A DNA stretch of 64,000 bases, taken from positions 146,568,001 through 146,632,000 of the forward strand of contig OX597814.1 in the NCBI GenBank assembly GCA_951406725.2, read 5' to 3'. The translations under genes and the position numbers were made by a program. The stretch's first letter is position 1, and every line of letters begins with the position of its first letter. Positions 24,614 to 39,575 of this stretch are shown piece after piece. Under the pieces are notes generated by a model. The model made no database searches. It worked only from the letters and a program-made list of their open reading frames with translations, and was not told the DNA's origin. Source of the DNA: Octopus vulgaris (taxonomy: Eukaryota).

Positions 24614-26127
24614 CTACTAAAGGCAAAATTCAAGTAAATGTCCGTCAGGAATGCAAGTAACGAAATCCCGCGTGCCATACGCCACACCTGCTAGAAATTC
24701 CTGCCGCATACCTCCCTAAATCAAAACCTAATTTTTTGTATATATAAAACTATATTAGGTAATATAATTTTAGTAATCCAAAAAGGCTACCCTTCATTAT
24801 CAATGTTGATTGCCTCGTATGCTTCACTAACCTCCCTTGCCTCATTTGCCTCGCTTGTCTCGATCGCCTTTTATTGATCTAGTGATGGCCAAATAATACA
24901 AGTGTTCAGGCTCAGAAATATTGGTGACATGAATCCAAGAATACTATTTTCTTTCGTCTTCCTGATTCTGAAAGGCGTTCCCTTCTTTCTTCTCAACCTG
25001 TATATTTCCATGGGAAATATAAACCCATAATCATGTTATCCTATTCCGATTCCTTAGATTTCATTCACGAATAGCTACAGAAATTCAATTCTGCTTGCAA
25101 AGAATTTTGAAGAAGCTCATCTTTTCTAGTTTGGAAAGTCTTACATCATAACCGTTCACTTGGGAAAATGTAATATTTGGGAAGCTGATTATCAATTGGA
25201 CTATCAGTTGGACATGGATGTGTTTTTTTAATGACAGATACATTAGTCTTGGTAATTTTGTTTTCTCGGGGATGGTTGCCAAATTTCCTCAACTGCCATC
25301 GGTGGTAGGGAGTTTGCCTGCTAAATTAAAGTTGACGTAAATCCCCTACCCTTGGAAAAGTAATCGATGGAAAAAAAAATTGAGAATAGGCTTACCTGCG
25401 TCGTATTTCAAATAGTATTATGCAGCATGAACATTAAGCTTCATATTAAACATGACTTTAAAAAATATAATATATAGAAAAATAATTTAGCAATGGCTTT
25501 CTCTCCTTAGCCACAAAAATATATTCGAAACCAGCTGCTAAATAAAATCTCTGAATTTAAAAAGTAGATGAAGGGTTTTCCATCAAAGCATATAAATGTA
25601 CAATTAGAAAAGGTATGTATATATAATTACTCTAACATATTTCACTTGAATTAATTGACCCGGCTACCTATTCTATGGGGTTCTTTTGCCGAACGTTACG
25701 TGAACTCAAGAACACTAACACCGCTTGTCAAGCGGTGCTGGGAAGCAATGAAAAGTCAAGGAAACACACACACATACACACACACAGGCCAAACACACAC
25801 ACACACACACATATGTGCGCGTGCGCAAACAAACAACTCTCCGAATATACACCAGCTATCTTGCCTCACTAATGGAATAAACGTACGTATCACACCAACT
25901 TCATCCTGACACACACAGTAGCAAAATGTACACATTATAAGACTATAAAGTAGTATGTAACCTGATGAGGTTACTTCTGCACTATGGGGTGTATTCGTTT
26001 CCATTGTATCGTCCCCATCCACTAGGGAACAATGCAGATGTAAGTCGAAGCGTCTTTCCTATCAATCATTTAATATATACTAAACGTGCACCGAGGAATT
26101 CCTTATGTAGATTCGACAGGTCTATAA

Positions 26128-26217
26128 CAATTCGCCGTAAAGCATTTTGCCGTATACAATTAGCACTAGCACTATTCACCGTAAGACAATTTACCGTACG
26201 GATATTTCGCTAGCAGA
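26128..26217. repeat. Degenerate 15-bp tandem repeat, about 6 units
   Basis: CAATTCGCCGTAAAG / CATTTTGCCGTATAC / TATTCACCGTAAGAC / AATTTACCGTACGGA. It resembles subterminal repeats of DNA transposons. Confidence 0.5.
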
Positions 26218-26404
26218 ACATCTTGTAGTAAAGCATAATAAGAGAAAGATTTAAAAAATTATAATGAAGGTCATACACTTTATGTAAAAATAATGGTTCT
26301 AAATTTTAATTAAGACGTTAATCTAAGGACATCCCCAAAAGAAGGTTTGGATACCACATTTAAAAGTCTCCAATTTGAACTTTAATATTAAATATAACCT
26401 ATAT

Positions 26405-26471
<67 letters not shown>

Positions 26472-26489
26472 CATATGTATATACACATA

Positions 26490-26600
26490 CGACGTGCATC
26501 TTTCAGTTTCCACTCATACGGCTCTGGTCGATCTATGGCTATAGCAGAAAACACTTTCCCAAGGTGCCATGCAGTGGTACCTTGGTAGAATGTCTTGGGC
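26490..26600 (-). mobile_element. SINE fragment, same family as 63879-64000
   Basis: Reverse complement of CCACTGCATGGCACCTTGGGAAAGTGTTTTCTGCTATAGCC. Confidence 0.6.
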
Positions 26601-26794
26601 AATGGTACAATTGGGAAACAATGCATGTATGTAAACAGCCAAACATTTTATTAGAGGTTTTGTAGAATTGCGTGCATTCCTTTTATGTGGGAAAGCGATA
26701 TCAATTACATCGAATTTCCAACGACATAGACATAATTTCTAGGCAGCTGCAACCTAGTTATTTGCGTATACGTATCGCTATTTCTCTCTATGTA

Positions 26795-26857
26795 ACTATC
26801 TATTAGCTATCAATCTATCTATCTGTCTGTCTGTCTATTTATCTACCTGTTTCTCTG

Positions 26858-26897
<40 letters not shown>

Positions 26898-26902
26898 CAT
26901 CC

Positions 26903-26983
<81 letters not shown>

Positions 26984-27045
26984 CCTACCTATCTATCTCT
27001 ACCTACCTACCTACCTATCTATGTATCTATCTATCTATCTATCTT
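26795..27045. repeat. (TATC)n microsatellite
   Basis: Seen directly. Confidence 0.95.
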
Positions 27046-27521
27046 TTTTTCTATTTATGTATGTATCTTTCTTTCTTTCTTTCTTTTGGTCTGTATGTTT
27101 ATCTCTGCGTATAATTCTACAGTAGACGCAGGCTTGTATGTTCGTATATAGGAATATATGTAAGCATATATAACGAGATTTAAGAGGGAGATTTACATAT
27201 GTTTACATACACGACTGTTCTTATTCATAGCTGTGTCGTCAGAAATTTCCGTTTCTATCGCATACTATATTATGTAAACAACATAAGGCGTTTCTAAACT
27301 AAGCTTGCTCTGTTAAGTTTCTCAACGTATGTTGCAGTATCAAAAGAACACTCTGTTTTAGGAAAGATGATATACAATTATATATTCAATCCCTAGAAGT
27401 TATAAAACACGAATTTTTATGAAAATAATCATCATTGTTTATTATAAGAAATGCTACTTGTATTAGACTTTATTTACAAAATAACTATACGAGTTCCGCT
27501 TTTCTCAACTGGACTACATTG

Positions 27522-27567
<46 letters not shown>

Positions 27568-27628
27568 TTACACATATGCATCTATATACATACACACATA
27601 TATAAATATATACGCACAAACATATGTG

Positions 27629-27693
<65 letters not shown>

Positions 27694-27751
27694 CACAAAC
27701 ACGTGTACATAGATAAATATACATTATGTACAAACACATATATACGTATAT

Positions 27752-27782
<31 letters not shown>

Positions 27783-28230
27783 CACATATACATACATATA
27801 TATATGTGTATGTGTGCATGTATGTATGTATTACGGAATCCTTTAAACAGATGTTGATAGCATATAAATAGTCGATGTTCTGACACGGTCTACTTCAACA
27901 TGTTCGTAGTTACAAAATATTCAGTAGATGGTTCTCCTCCTAACTTCATTCCGTTTGAATAAAACGAGTTTACAACAGCTATTGATGCTGTTATTACAAA
28001 TAAATGCGATTGATTTGTGGACAGCAGCAAAAAAGAATATCAAAGCCACCATCATTAAACCACTACCTAAACGGAAAACACAACCAACATCATAAAAATC
28101 TTGATCATCACGAGCACTGGAGTATGTTAATAAGTTTATATATTAATTTGTCTACACTGTCAACTGAGGAACTCATTTTATATATGTGTTTGTGTGTGTG
28201 AGTATGTGTGTGTTCGAGAAATATATATAT

Positions 28231-28445
28231 ATATTCTTTTGTGTCTGGGGAGAGTTATTCTCTTTGAGGGCCTTATCATTTAACACACTCACCGGTAAAA
28301 TATCCACTTATTTCTTATTTTTATTTTCTAAAATTTTCGTTGCGTCTTGCACTAAAGGAGAATGACTCTCCCTAGGCACAACAGAATATGCTTCAACACA
28401 CGAACTCATATAACGAATCTTGCAAACCAAATCCCAAAACGAAAT
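28231..28445. mobile_element. Asymmetric fold-back element in (TA)n
   Basis: 35-bp inverted repeat 28231-28265/28355-28389 (30/35 matches by eye), followed by an unpaired tail. TA arrays lie on both sides. Confidence 0.55.
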
Positions 28446-28729
28446 ATATATATATATATATGTTATTTACTATAATGCCCATACAGGGTTAAAAAAATGT
28501 TATCGACTCCCTTTTGATATAAATGTACCTCCTGGTATCTGCCAAACAATTATGGATATTACGCACGCAGATTCGGATTTCGCTGTACCTTAACTTGGTG
28601 ACATACTAAAAAAATTGAATCTTGAGGCCAGCATGCTGCGCATGTTAAAAATGTGTTCGAAATAATAAAATACTATGGATTTAAGCTCAGCGAGGAAAAG
28701 TGTCAACTTTTTATGCCAAGTATAACATA

Positions 28730-29205
28730 TCTAGGGGTGGGTGTGGTTTGTGTTTTCCATTAATCATCTGTTTTCTTCTTTCTACCATCTTCCACTCTTC
28801 TTCACTCATCTTTAATTCCTCTTCCACATTCTCCAGTTCCTTCCCGGCTTCTCCTTGGCTTCTCTTAGTCTATGAAGTACATTTCGGCTTAATGTGGCCA
28901 CATTTGAAGCAACGTGGGATTCTGCCCTCCACCAAGACTCTTAACACCGCGTCTGCTATGGTCACCGATACTGCCAGTTTTCCTAAATTTTTCGTTGTGC
29001 TTTCCACAATTACATCTAAGATTTGGCACTTCCAGTCTGTAGCCTCTTTCGTCGTGGCTTGGAGGACGGCCAGTTCTTCGCTTACCACACGTACAGCCGT
29101 CGCCACCCAAACCACATCTATTTCAGGTGGGATTCCTTCCACCTTAACACTGAAAGTCCTTCTTCCAAGGTACGTGGGTAAGAGGACTACATTTTTCTGT
29201 CCATA
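28730..29205 (-). pseudogene. LINE ORF1 (gag-like, zinc knuckle) fragment
   Basis: VLLPTYLGRRTFSVKVEGIPPE...LRVLVEGRIPRCFKCGHIKPKC, homologous to the 62469-62816 translation. Confidence 0.7.
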
Positions 29206-30300
29206 ATGGGGTTACCGAATGCTCTTGAGCCTTCGTTGCCGTTTTAAAATGTACCTATGATTTAAAATGCACTTCTATTTTGTGCTTGAATTTCCTTTTC
29301 CGTTGATGAGATGCACTCACAAGGCGTCTACAATATATGAAGCTGCAGACCAAGTCTATTTTTACAAAATGTCCCAAGGTGTCTTTCAGTGAGACTGAAC
29401 TTTGAACCACGGAATTGGGAATCAAACTTCTTACATTGGCTGCACCCTAAGTATCCCTCTGTTATTCAGACTTTCTAATAGACCGATCTACAAGGGAATA
29501 TTGAGAGAGATCGTTAGGTATTAACTAAAACCCTATTAAAATATAGAATTTAGACACAATACACACGAAGCGAATGAAAACCTTGCATAATATTGGCGAG
29601 AACACAATCGTGAATTTAATAAATCTAAAACTAAACTCCGTCACCCCAACACATAAACGGATATTAAATATTTATTACAAAAGTAATATGAAAATACTAC
29701 TTCTTATCAACACACAATGTGAAGGTGAATCCGAGTACGAGCTCTGAATGAACTTTCGTTTTGTATTTATGTTGTTCTATCAAATCGATTCCATATGCCG
29801 TTCGATTTACAGACCGTTTTATCTTCCAGTGTCTTTGTCTCAACATAGTGCTTCAATCGCAATCGCTCGTGCATACGCCAGCAGATCAGAGTGCTGACAA
29901 TCAGAAATAAAAACGGTGTCTTCAGAAAATGTCGAAATCGTGATAATATTTAGGTCGACAAAAATCATTGACAATTGTGCTTTCATTTGCCGTTCAAATT
30001 TGAGTCTTTTTTCCACCATTCTTGTCACAAATTTCTTTCCCCTCTCCCTCTCTCTCTTTCTCTCTGCCGCTCTCTCTCTCTCTTTCTTTCCCTCTCTCTC
30101 TGTTTATATATATATATATGTATACGAGAGGGTACGGAATTTTTTCTGGTTTTAAGAATATTACGAAACGCATTGTTGGAAATTGAGGAACTGCTGTTGC
30201 AATAAGTGTGTGAATCTAAGAGGGGAATGTGTTCAACAAAACCATAAGTGCGTGTTCCTGCTGAATTTTCTTTTACGCATGCCCAAAAACATTTCAGTTT

Positions 30301-30830
30301 CACCGGGTGGCCATAAAGTCACAGGGTGGCCATAAAGTCACGCACCATCCTTCAAGATGCGAAATTGCTTACCTTCTCTCTTTTATCTCTTTTTACAACT
30401 GCCGATATTACTCACAAACCAATCTTTATTGGAGGTGGGCAGATAATCAGCAAGGCAATGGCAAGGTAATGGTGTGGAGTGGGATTTGGCACAATAATTT
30501 GATTGGACCAATTTATATTGAGTTCTCTGTGACAGGTGATTCGTATCTGGATATGTATGGCAACAAGAGGATGCCTCACGTGCATTCACTTGAAAGTGGA
30601 ACTCCCGTCTGGTTTCAGCAGGATGGGGCTCCACCCCATTATGCATTTCCAGAGAGATGGCTCGGGTGTCGCGGCCCAATTGAATGTGCTGCACGATCAC
30701 CAGATTTAACTGCCATGGGCTTTTTCATCTGGGGCTACATTAAATCCCATGTCTATTCTGAAAAGATTAGTGACCAAGGAGATCTACAAAGAATTGTTGT
30801 AGTGTGTTTTACAATAGGACAAATTTATAT
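30301..30830 (+). mobile_element. Tc1/mariner-superfamily transposase fragment with duplicated TIR
   Basis: KVMVWSGIW..LIGP...WFQQDGAPPHY..WLG..GPIECAARSPDLTAMGFFIWGYIKSHVY (DDE/DDD core). GGGTGGCCATAAAGTCAC occurs twice at 30304-30340. Confidence 0.8.
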
Positions 30831-31548
30831 TATTTACTCTCAACCGAAGCAAGGTTCTACAAACTCAATGGCTATGAAGATCTACCAGTCATGAGGAGAT
30901 TTAAAAAGAACCAGCACTGTTTGTCAAGCAGTGGTTTACTTCCTTTTGTGTCTACGAAAACTACTCAAAAGTTTTCGTCGGTCCAAGAAACTTGACAAAG
31001 GCGCCACTCAGTGGGACAGAAGCGGAAACAATGTGTTTACGAAGCAAACTTTTGACCAGATAACCACACCTGTCCTTATTACACACGCATACACACACAT
31101 ATATGTGTGTGTCTGTGTGTGTGTATATACCAGAAATAACATACACACATGTATGAATATAAGAGGTTGAACATTGCGCTCAGTATATTTAGCAGGAGTT
31201 ACAACATATATTTTAATAGGTCTTTAAACAGTGGGCACGTAAACGAAAGAACAAAAACAAAAACGTACAAAATTACCAATTAAGTGGTCTTACTTCGATA
31301 GCATTACTAACGCATGATTTGAGCTGCGCAACATTGGTCTGGACACTTACAAACCTTTTTGAATTTATTTTAGAATCCCCACCATTCTTTGTAGTTATCT
31401 AATGTTATGGACTTGTCCTACACGGCCGAGGATCTTCAAGTCATATAAGATGAGATAAACTGTTAGGAAATATATATACGTACTCACACGTACACACACG
31501 CACACAGACACACAAACACACATGCGAACACAAACACACATACACACA

Positions 31549-31648
<100 letters not shown>

Positions 31649-33112
31649 GCATAGATATATACACATATATGCATACATACACAAATGCCCTAAGGCACTC
31701 ATACATGTTTACATGTATTTATACATATACGGACATACTTTAAAGTATGGATGAATGAAGTTTAGCTTTAACCTCCCCATTCTTATAAAATCCAAGAAGC
31801 TATGCGACTTGCTTTTTGATCGTGTGTGCACCAAACCACACGTGTGCGTATGCTTACAAGTTCATCGATGCAGGCGTTTATACATCCATATCTGTTAACG
31901 GTTATTTTTAATACTTTTCTCGCTGTATTGCGTCTTCGTTTCTTTTTTGCATCTATCATTTTCTTTTTGATCTTCTGTATAAATGAAGATATTCCGTTTT
32001 GCTGCTTTTCTTTCTATGAAGTGAGAGGATACATTACGGAGAAGTTATTTTAAAGGATTGTATTTATTTATCAACTGTTGAGACACATCTCTACCACTGG
32101 AAGCTCCTGCACCAGTCGTTAAGTGTCCCACCCGTGAGGGTCCGATTCTAGATGTGTCGTAACAATTGTAGTGACACACATATATATATGCATATAAATA
32201 TATACAGATACAGAAACATTCAAGCTAATAATAATTACGATATTTCAGATATCATATTTCGTCTCACATCAGTTACTACTGATACAACATTTGAGCGATG
32301 CGTTTTGAACTCTGTTCCAATTCAATAAGTTTAATAAAAGGCATTATCTGTAGAGTTTCTATAGGATAATCTTTTGAAGAATAATTAATAATATTAAAAC
32401 AAAAAAAATTGATGTAGTAGATGACTGATAACAAAATAGATCTCTTATTTTTTTGTGACTTTAGGTTTTTCCGAAATCTCAGACCATGCACAATAGGTCA
32501 CAGGATATGAACAATCGAATTTTTATCTTTCTTTAGTTCCCGATGTTTGGAAATAGTAACCAACAAATGTTTTTTTTTCTGTACTCACATTATCTTACTC
32601 GAAAACACAAAACTTTTTCTTGTACTGGCAGCAAAATTACAATGATGCAGCAATATAAAGAAATTTACCCAGAAAGATCACGCCAGTTCCCTAAGCAGTA
32701 TCATCTTTTACACTTTGCCTAGTGCACATGTTACAAATTATTACACAATATGAGGATGCATTTAAAAGAAAAGAGGATGAATACGTTTAGTCCATAAATC
32801 AAAGCCAGAATTGAACCCTGTCGCCTGTACACATTCGGAAACATGCTTCCTGTTGAAAATCGTACATCAAAACATCGAAACATGGTAAACAGTTATATAT
32901 TGAAAGCATTCCTTCTCTCTGAAACATGGCGCTAAGTGTGAGAAATATATTATAATCTTATTCACCACTTCTCACAAATATCAGAAAAAAGTTACTCTGT
33001 TTATATAAACTCTGCTTAGTGTATTTCCAATAGCTTCTACATATCATATTCCGTATATTGTGTAGACGGAAAATTAATTGAAACAAATTTTAAGAGCTGC
33101 TTTGCTTTTATC

Positions 33113-33340
<228 letters not shown>

Positions 33341-33764
33341 ACATGTGTTTATAAATGCGATATCAAAGTAGTAGGAGATAATTCTTAGATAGCTAAATGT
33401 TTCCAAAATATGTTATAAATTACATAGAAAATAGTTTACTTGCTGAGCAAGCATTAATCTTTGATAAAATCGGAATTTTACTAAATGTACTTTTTTCTTT
33501 TGGAAGAAGATGTTTATGTTAACAATTTGTTGCTGGTGGGAAAAAGGAATGAAGATTTCAACTTGTTTACGTTAGCTGATACTTTTTATAAAACGGTCTC
33601 TGCATACGAGCGTTCATACAGATCAAGCAGAGACACAGCATAAATACGCTTATCTAATTTTATCGTCTCACAACTTAATCTCTCTTTCCCTACCTATTGC
33701 ATATATGTGTATTGGTATACATACATAATACATACATACATGCATACATATATATATATATATG

Positions 33765-33828
<64 letters not shown>

Positions 33829-33860
33829 TATATGTGTGTGTGTGTATGTGTGTGTGTATG

Positions 33861-33909
<49 letters not shown>

Positions 33910-34151
33910 CATATACACATTTATGTAAGCATGTACATGTGTTTACTCGTTTCAATCATTAGATTACAACCGCGCTGGGGCAACACTTCAAACGGTTTAT
34001 TTGGCCAAATATACACCTGTTCAAATTTTACATTTTAAGCTTAGTGCTTTTTCTAACGTTTTGTTTTTGCTAGACCGTTAGTTACTGGTACCTAAATAAC
34101 GCGATACCATAGTTCACACGCACATACACGCAAACACCTACACACACACAA

Positions 34152-34210
<59 letters not shown>

Positions 34211-34216
<6 letters not shown>

Positions 34217-34465
34217 GAAGGAGCTTCTACAGGATAGTACTGTTTCATTCAAGAGAAATCTTCAGGAAGTTTAACAAGAATTGTATTAGCATTTATACAT
34301 TTAGGCAGGTTTAATGCTAATACAATTCTTGTTAAATAGCTTCTATTTCTCTTGAATGAAACAGTACTAGTCCTGTAAAGCTCCTTCTATATAATAAATT
34401 AATTTTACTCTGCTATGTATTGAGTACCTTACTTACTGTGGTTAACCCCGAATCAACCCGGGACC

Positions 34466-34468
<3 letters not shown>
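34211..34468. mobile_element. Asymmetric fold-back element in (TA)n with decayed hammerhead copies
   Basis: Arms 34211-34293/34313-34393 followed by an approximately 75-bp tail. CTGAAGA..GAAACAGTACT lies on the minus strand of the left arm. Confidence 0.65.
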
Positions 34469-34515
<47 letters not shown>

Positions 34516-34653
34516 TGTATGTATGTATGTATGTAGGCGTTTGTATGTATGTATATATGTTTGTGTGTCTGTGTGTGTTTGTGTGTCTAAGAGCTTATCG
34601 TGATCAAGGCTGCGTGGCGTTCGATTATAAATAAAAAAAATAAAAAATACACA

Positions 34654-35520
34654 TTCTGATCATTAAGTACCGGCCTGTTGCCATTGTAGCGAAGCTAAAG
34701 CGCGCGAGTGAAGTCGCTTTGTAAAGATAGATTTTAAACTCTACTTCGCTTCCGCTGCTTAAAGCGTAGCTTTGTTGAAAGGTGTATAGCGTTTGATCAT
34801 CGCATTGACCATGACACTGAAAGTTGTCATGGTAATACCTGTTAAGAGGCCTACACAGAAGTTGCAGAAATTATATGGAAAAAATATACATGCCGCACAT
34901 ATGAAATGTACGAGTGGTTCAGAAATTTCCAAAGATGGCTGAAAATGTGTCGATACTGACGAACGTTCTAGGAGACCCTCAACCAGCAGAACTGAGAAAA
35001 ACAACGCAGATATACCTGCAGCTTTGAGAGAAAATCTCCAGTCACTATCCGTGAGATATCAGAGGATATCCAGGTTAGTTACAATTCAACTCAATCCATT
35101 ATCACGGAAGATTTGTGTATGAGACACGTGTCTGCCTAGTTTGTGCAAAAATTGATTTCAGCTGACCAAAGCGACACGCGGGCTTCAGCTGCACAGGATC
35201 TCCTTGACTGTGTCGAGAACAATGAAAATTTCTTGAAGTCTTTGCGTAGTCTTCTGAGAAGGTATCGCTAAGCTTTTGGCAAAATTTAATGCCTATTCTA
35301 TGTTCACATTACTCTGCCATGGGAATGCGACAATCACACGATACACATGTTTATTCCAAGCATTGCTGTAAACAGCGGAAGTGACTTAGAACACAAAAAC
35401 TTAGTGCGCATGTAAAGCATAGTTCATGATCAATCTGTGCTAAGAGGCTTCATTCTGCGTGCTTTAGCGTTGTTACTATGACAATAGATCAGATAAATTG
35501 TGCTCAGATCACCTATGTAT
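34654..35520 (+). mobile_element. Internally deleted mariner element
   Basis: YEWFRNF..DERSRRPSTSRTEKN..TIREISEDIQVSYNSTQSIITEDLCMRHVSA*FVQKL. Inverted ends contain GCTAAAGC(G/A)CGC. Confidence 0.75.
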
Positions 35521-35728
35521 ATATATAAAATGTTTTTCAGAATAAGATAAAAAAAACCAAGGGTGTGAAGATTTTAGAACATTTATATAAATATGACTTA
35601 CGTTGGACACCTTATTCGCATAATCACCGAACCTAGAACTATGGTCTGTCCATAGCACTTATTCAGCATTACCTGATACCTTTAGGTCTTAGTAACACCA
35701 TTACCTCACATAATCCCCTCCCTCTCTC

Positions 35729-35773
<45 letters not shown>

Positions 35774-37259
35774 GTATATGTATGTTTGCATGTGAATATT
35801 TATGTGCTTAATATATATATATAAGAAGCACCCATATTCAATCTTACATGTGTGTCTGAGTGAAGGACTGTGTTTGTGCCTATGCCATAGTGTGAGTTGT
35901 GTGTTTCAGAATAGGTGTGTATGTGCGTGTTTATGTGTATGTGTGTGCCCAAAAGTGCAGGTATACCAAATTGGGGTGATATGTGTTTGTGTACTTTGTT
36001 AGTCGATTATATATAAATACATTCTTGTAGAAAGCAGCAATGTTTAAATGCTATATACAATTATATTTTGTAGAATTAAAAAAAACATTAAATGTAATAT
36101 TGTGTTGTTCTATTCTGTTTTAATTATGGGCAAATTCTACATTGATTAAAATTTATATGAAGTGATACATAAATATATAGATGTAGAATGGTCGAACATG
36201 AGAATGCAGTTGACATCCACTGGCATCACAAGACGCAGAGCGCGACAGAAAGATTATGTACTTTTTTCCGCCCCATTCTGATTGTTGTATGTAGGTATAT
36301 GCGGATTTCTGTGAACATGGTTTTATATATATATATATATATATCTTGCTGACTGTTTGTCTTTCGCTATCTATCTATCTATCTAATCTATATCTGTATG
36401 CATACGCATACGTACAATCATATAAAGATATGTGCGTATATACATTCCTGCATACACGAATATTTGTGTGTGCCTGTGTGTTTGTATAAGTATGCGCGTG
36501 TGTGTGAAGTGTGTATGTGTTTCTCTCTTCCAATCTCTCTATATATGTAGCATTTTTGTTTTACCATTTTTACTTATAGATATCTCTATAATTAAAATAT
36601 ACTGGAAGCAAATATACAAAGGTGATGTACAGAGAATGACGAGACATCTGCATGTGATTTAGTATTATCATATAACATATGTGAGAAATCTCCAATGATA
36701 TATATATATATATATATTTCTATATTTGCCAGAAGCCTTTATGTACCGCTGTGCACCTTCTATTCAACCTTTCATTGAAAGAAGAAGTTCTATTTTACAA
36801 CGTAACTTACATATGACATACCTCATCAAACTGACGTAAAATTTGCACCAGCATTTTATAACTTTTTTATTTCATGACAGGATCACATATTTTCCAGTCA
36901 GTCCATCATGAATTATCGTATGCTTAAAGTGCACCTCACATCTGAGGTTCTCAGTAGATTGGTCACATGTTATGAACAATAGACTATTAACAAAAGAATA
37001 TATGTCAATTACTAAAGTAGAAAGTGTAAATCAGATATACTTTAAAACAATTTCTGGTAAATCATTGATTTAGGAGACTGTTGTCCGAAATAAATATGCG
37101 TTATCTATATAAAGCAAATTTTTCAAGTCTGGTATTCTTACGTAGCAGTTAGGAGTGTTGGGGGTTATTTTAGAATGCTTAATATATTGTTTGATATTTT
37201 CTTAAAAATGTTATAGGGCAAACTTCACAGAGAGGTTGCTGGGTAGAAGATCATTCCAT

Positions 37260-37321
37260 ATAATTATATTATCACGAAGATAATTATATTATCATGAAGA
37301 TAATTATATTATCATGAAGAT
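37260..37321. repeat. 20-bp tandem repeat x3
   Basis: ATAATTATATTATCA(C/T)GAAG. Confidence 0.9.
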
Positions 37322-37780
37322 TTTGTTGAAACCTATTGAAATAATCTATTGTAGGGTTATGCGTGGATGAACTTCCGATAAGTATCTGTCTTGTTGCATT
37401 TTTTCGATAAGCTTTTCAGAGGGAGGAAACAAAATATGAATATATCCCTTAGGCGGAAAACTCAACATGGCAATTTGTCGAAATTATAACTAATGTCAAT
37501 GGCATCAATATTCTCTGGACTCTTGCAAAATTTACTTTTGGTTAATGGACGTGAAGAAAGACCCAAGATAATGTTTGACATGCTAGAAGTGATGCTGAAC
37601 TTAAGAAGTGCCAAAATAACGGAAATGCATCATGTTATAAAATGTTCTACTTTTAAACAGGAAAATGTGAATAATTTTGTAGAACTTATGAAATACGTTA
37701 TATTTGCTTTATGAGAAATGCAACTAAGTAAATAGTCAGTTGTGCTTGGGATTCTGGGTACTCACTGCCTCTGAAGAAAA

Positions 37781-37984
37781 TTCTTTATACGATAGGTACA
37801 AGGTCTGGCATTTGGAGGGAGACAGCTAGTCGATTACGCCAACGCTACGGCTCAAATTATTATATAGACATGAAAAGATAAAAGGCAAATTTGATCTCAA
37901 TGACATTTAACGTTAGAAGGTTAGAGAGACACACCGCTATATAATTAATCCAGCGTAATAACGATTCTCACAGCTCACCGCCTG
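37781..37984 (-). mobile_element. Decayed Nin-type SINE
   Basis: The head AGGCGGTGAGCTG abuts (AAT)n, and the body aligns with 43746-43978. Confidence 0.55.
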
Positions 37985-37988
37985 ATTA

Positions 37989-38004
37989 GTAATAATAATA
38001 ATAA

Positions 38005-38035
<31 letters not shown>

Positions 38036-38061
38036 AACAATGATAATAATAATACTAATGA

Positions 38062-38131
<70 letters not shown>

Positions 38132-38223
38132 GCTACTACTACTACCACCACTACCAATACTACTACCACTACTGCCAACACTACCAATACCACTACTACT
38201 ACTACTATTACTACTACTACTAC

Positions 38224-38269
<46 letters not shown>

Positions 38270-38340
38270 GAAGACGAAGAAGAAGAAAAAGAAGAAAAAG
38301 ATGAAGAAGAAAAAGAAGAGGAATAACAACAACAATGCAA
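37989..38340. repeat. (AAT)n-(ACT)n-(AAT)n-(AAG)n compound microsatellite
   Basis: Seen directly. Confidence 0.95.
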
Positions 38341-38344
38341 CAAA

Positions 38345-39575
<1,231 letters not shown>

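Noticed and set aside
37260-37321. Short direct repeats here and at 53461 and 4676 as CRISPR-like arrays
   Set aside because: Head-to-tail duplications without spacers, in eukaryotic DNA with no cas genes.
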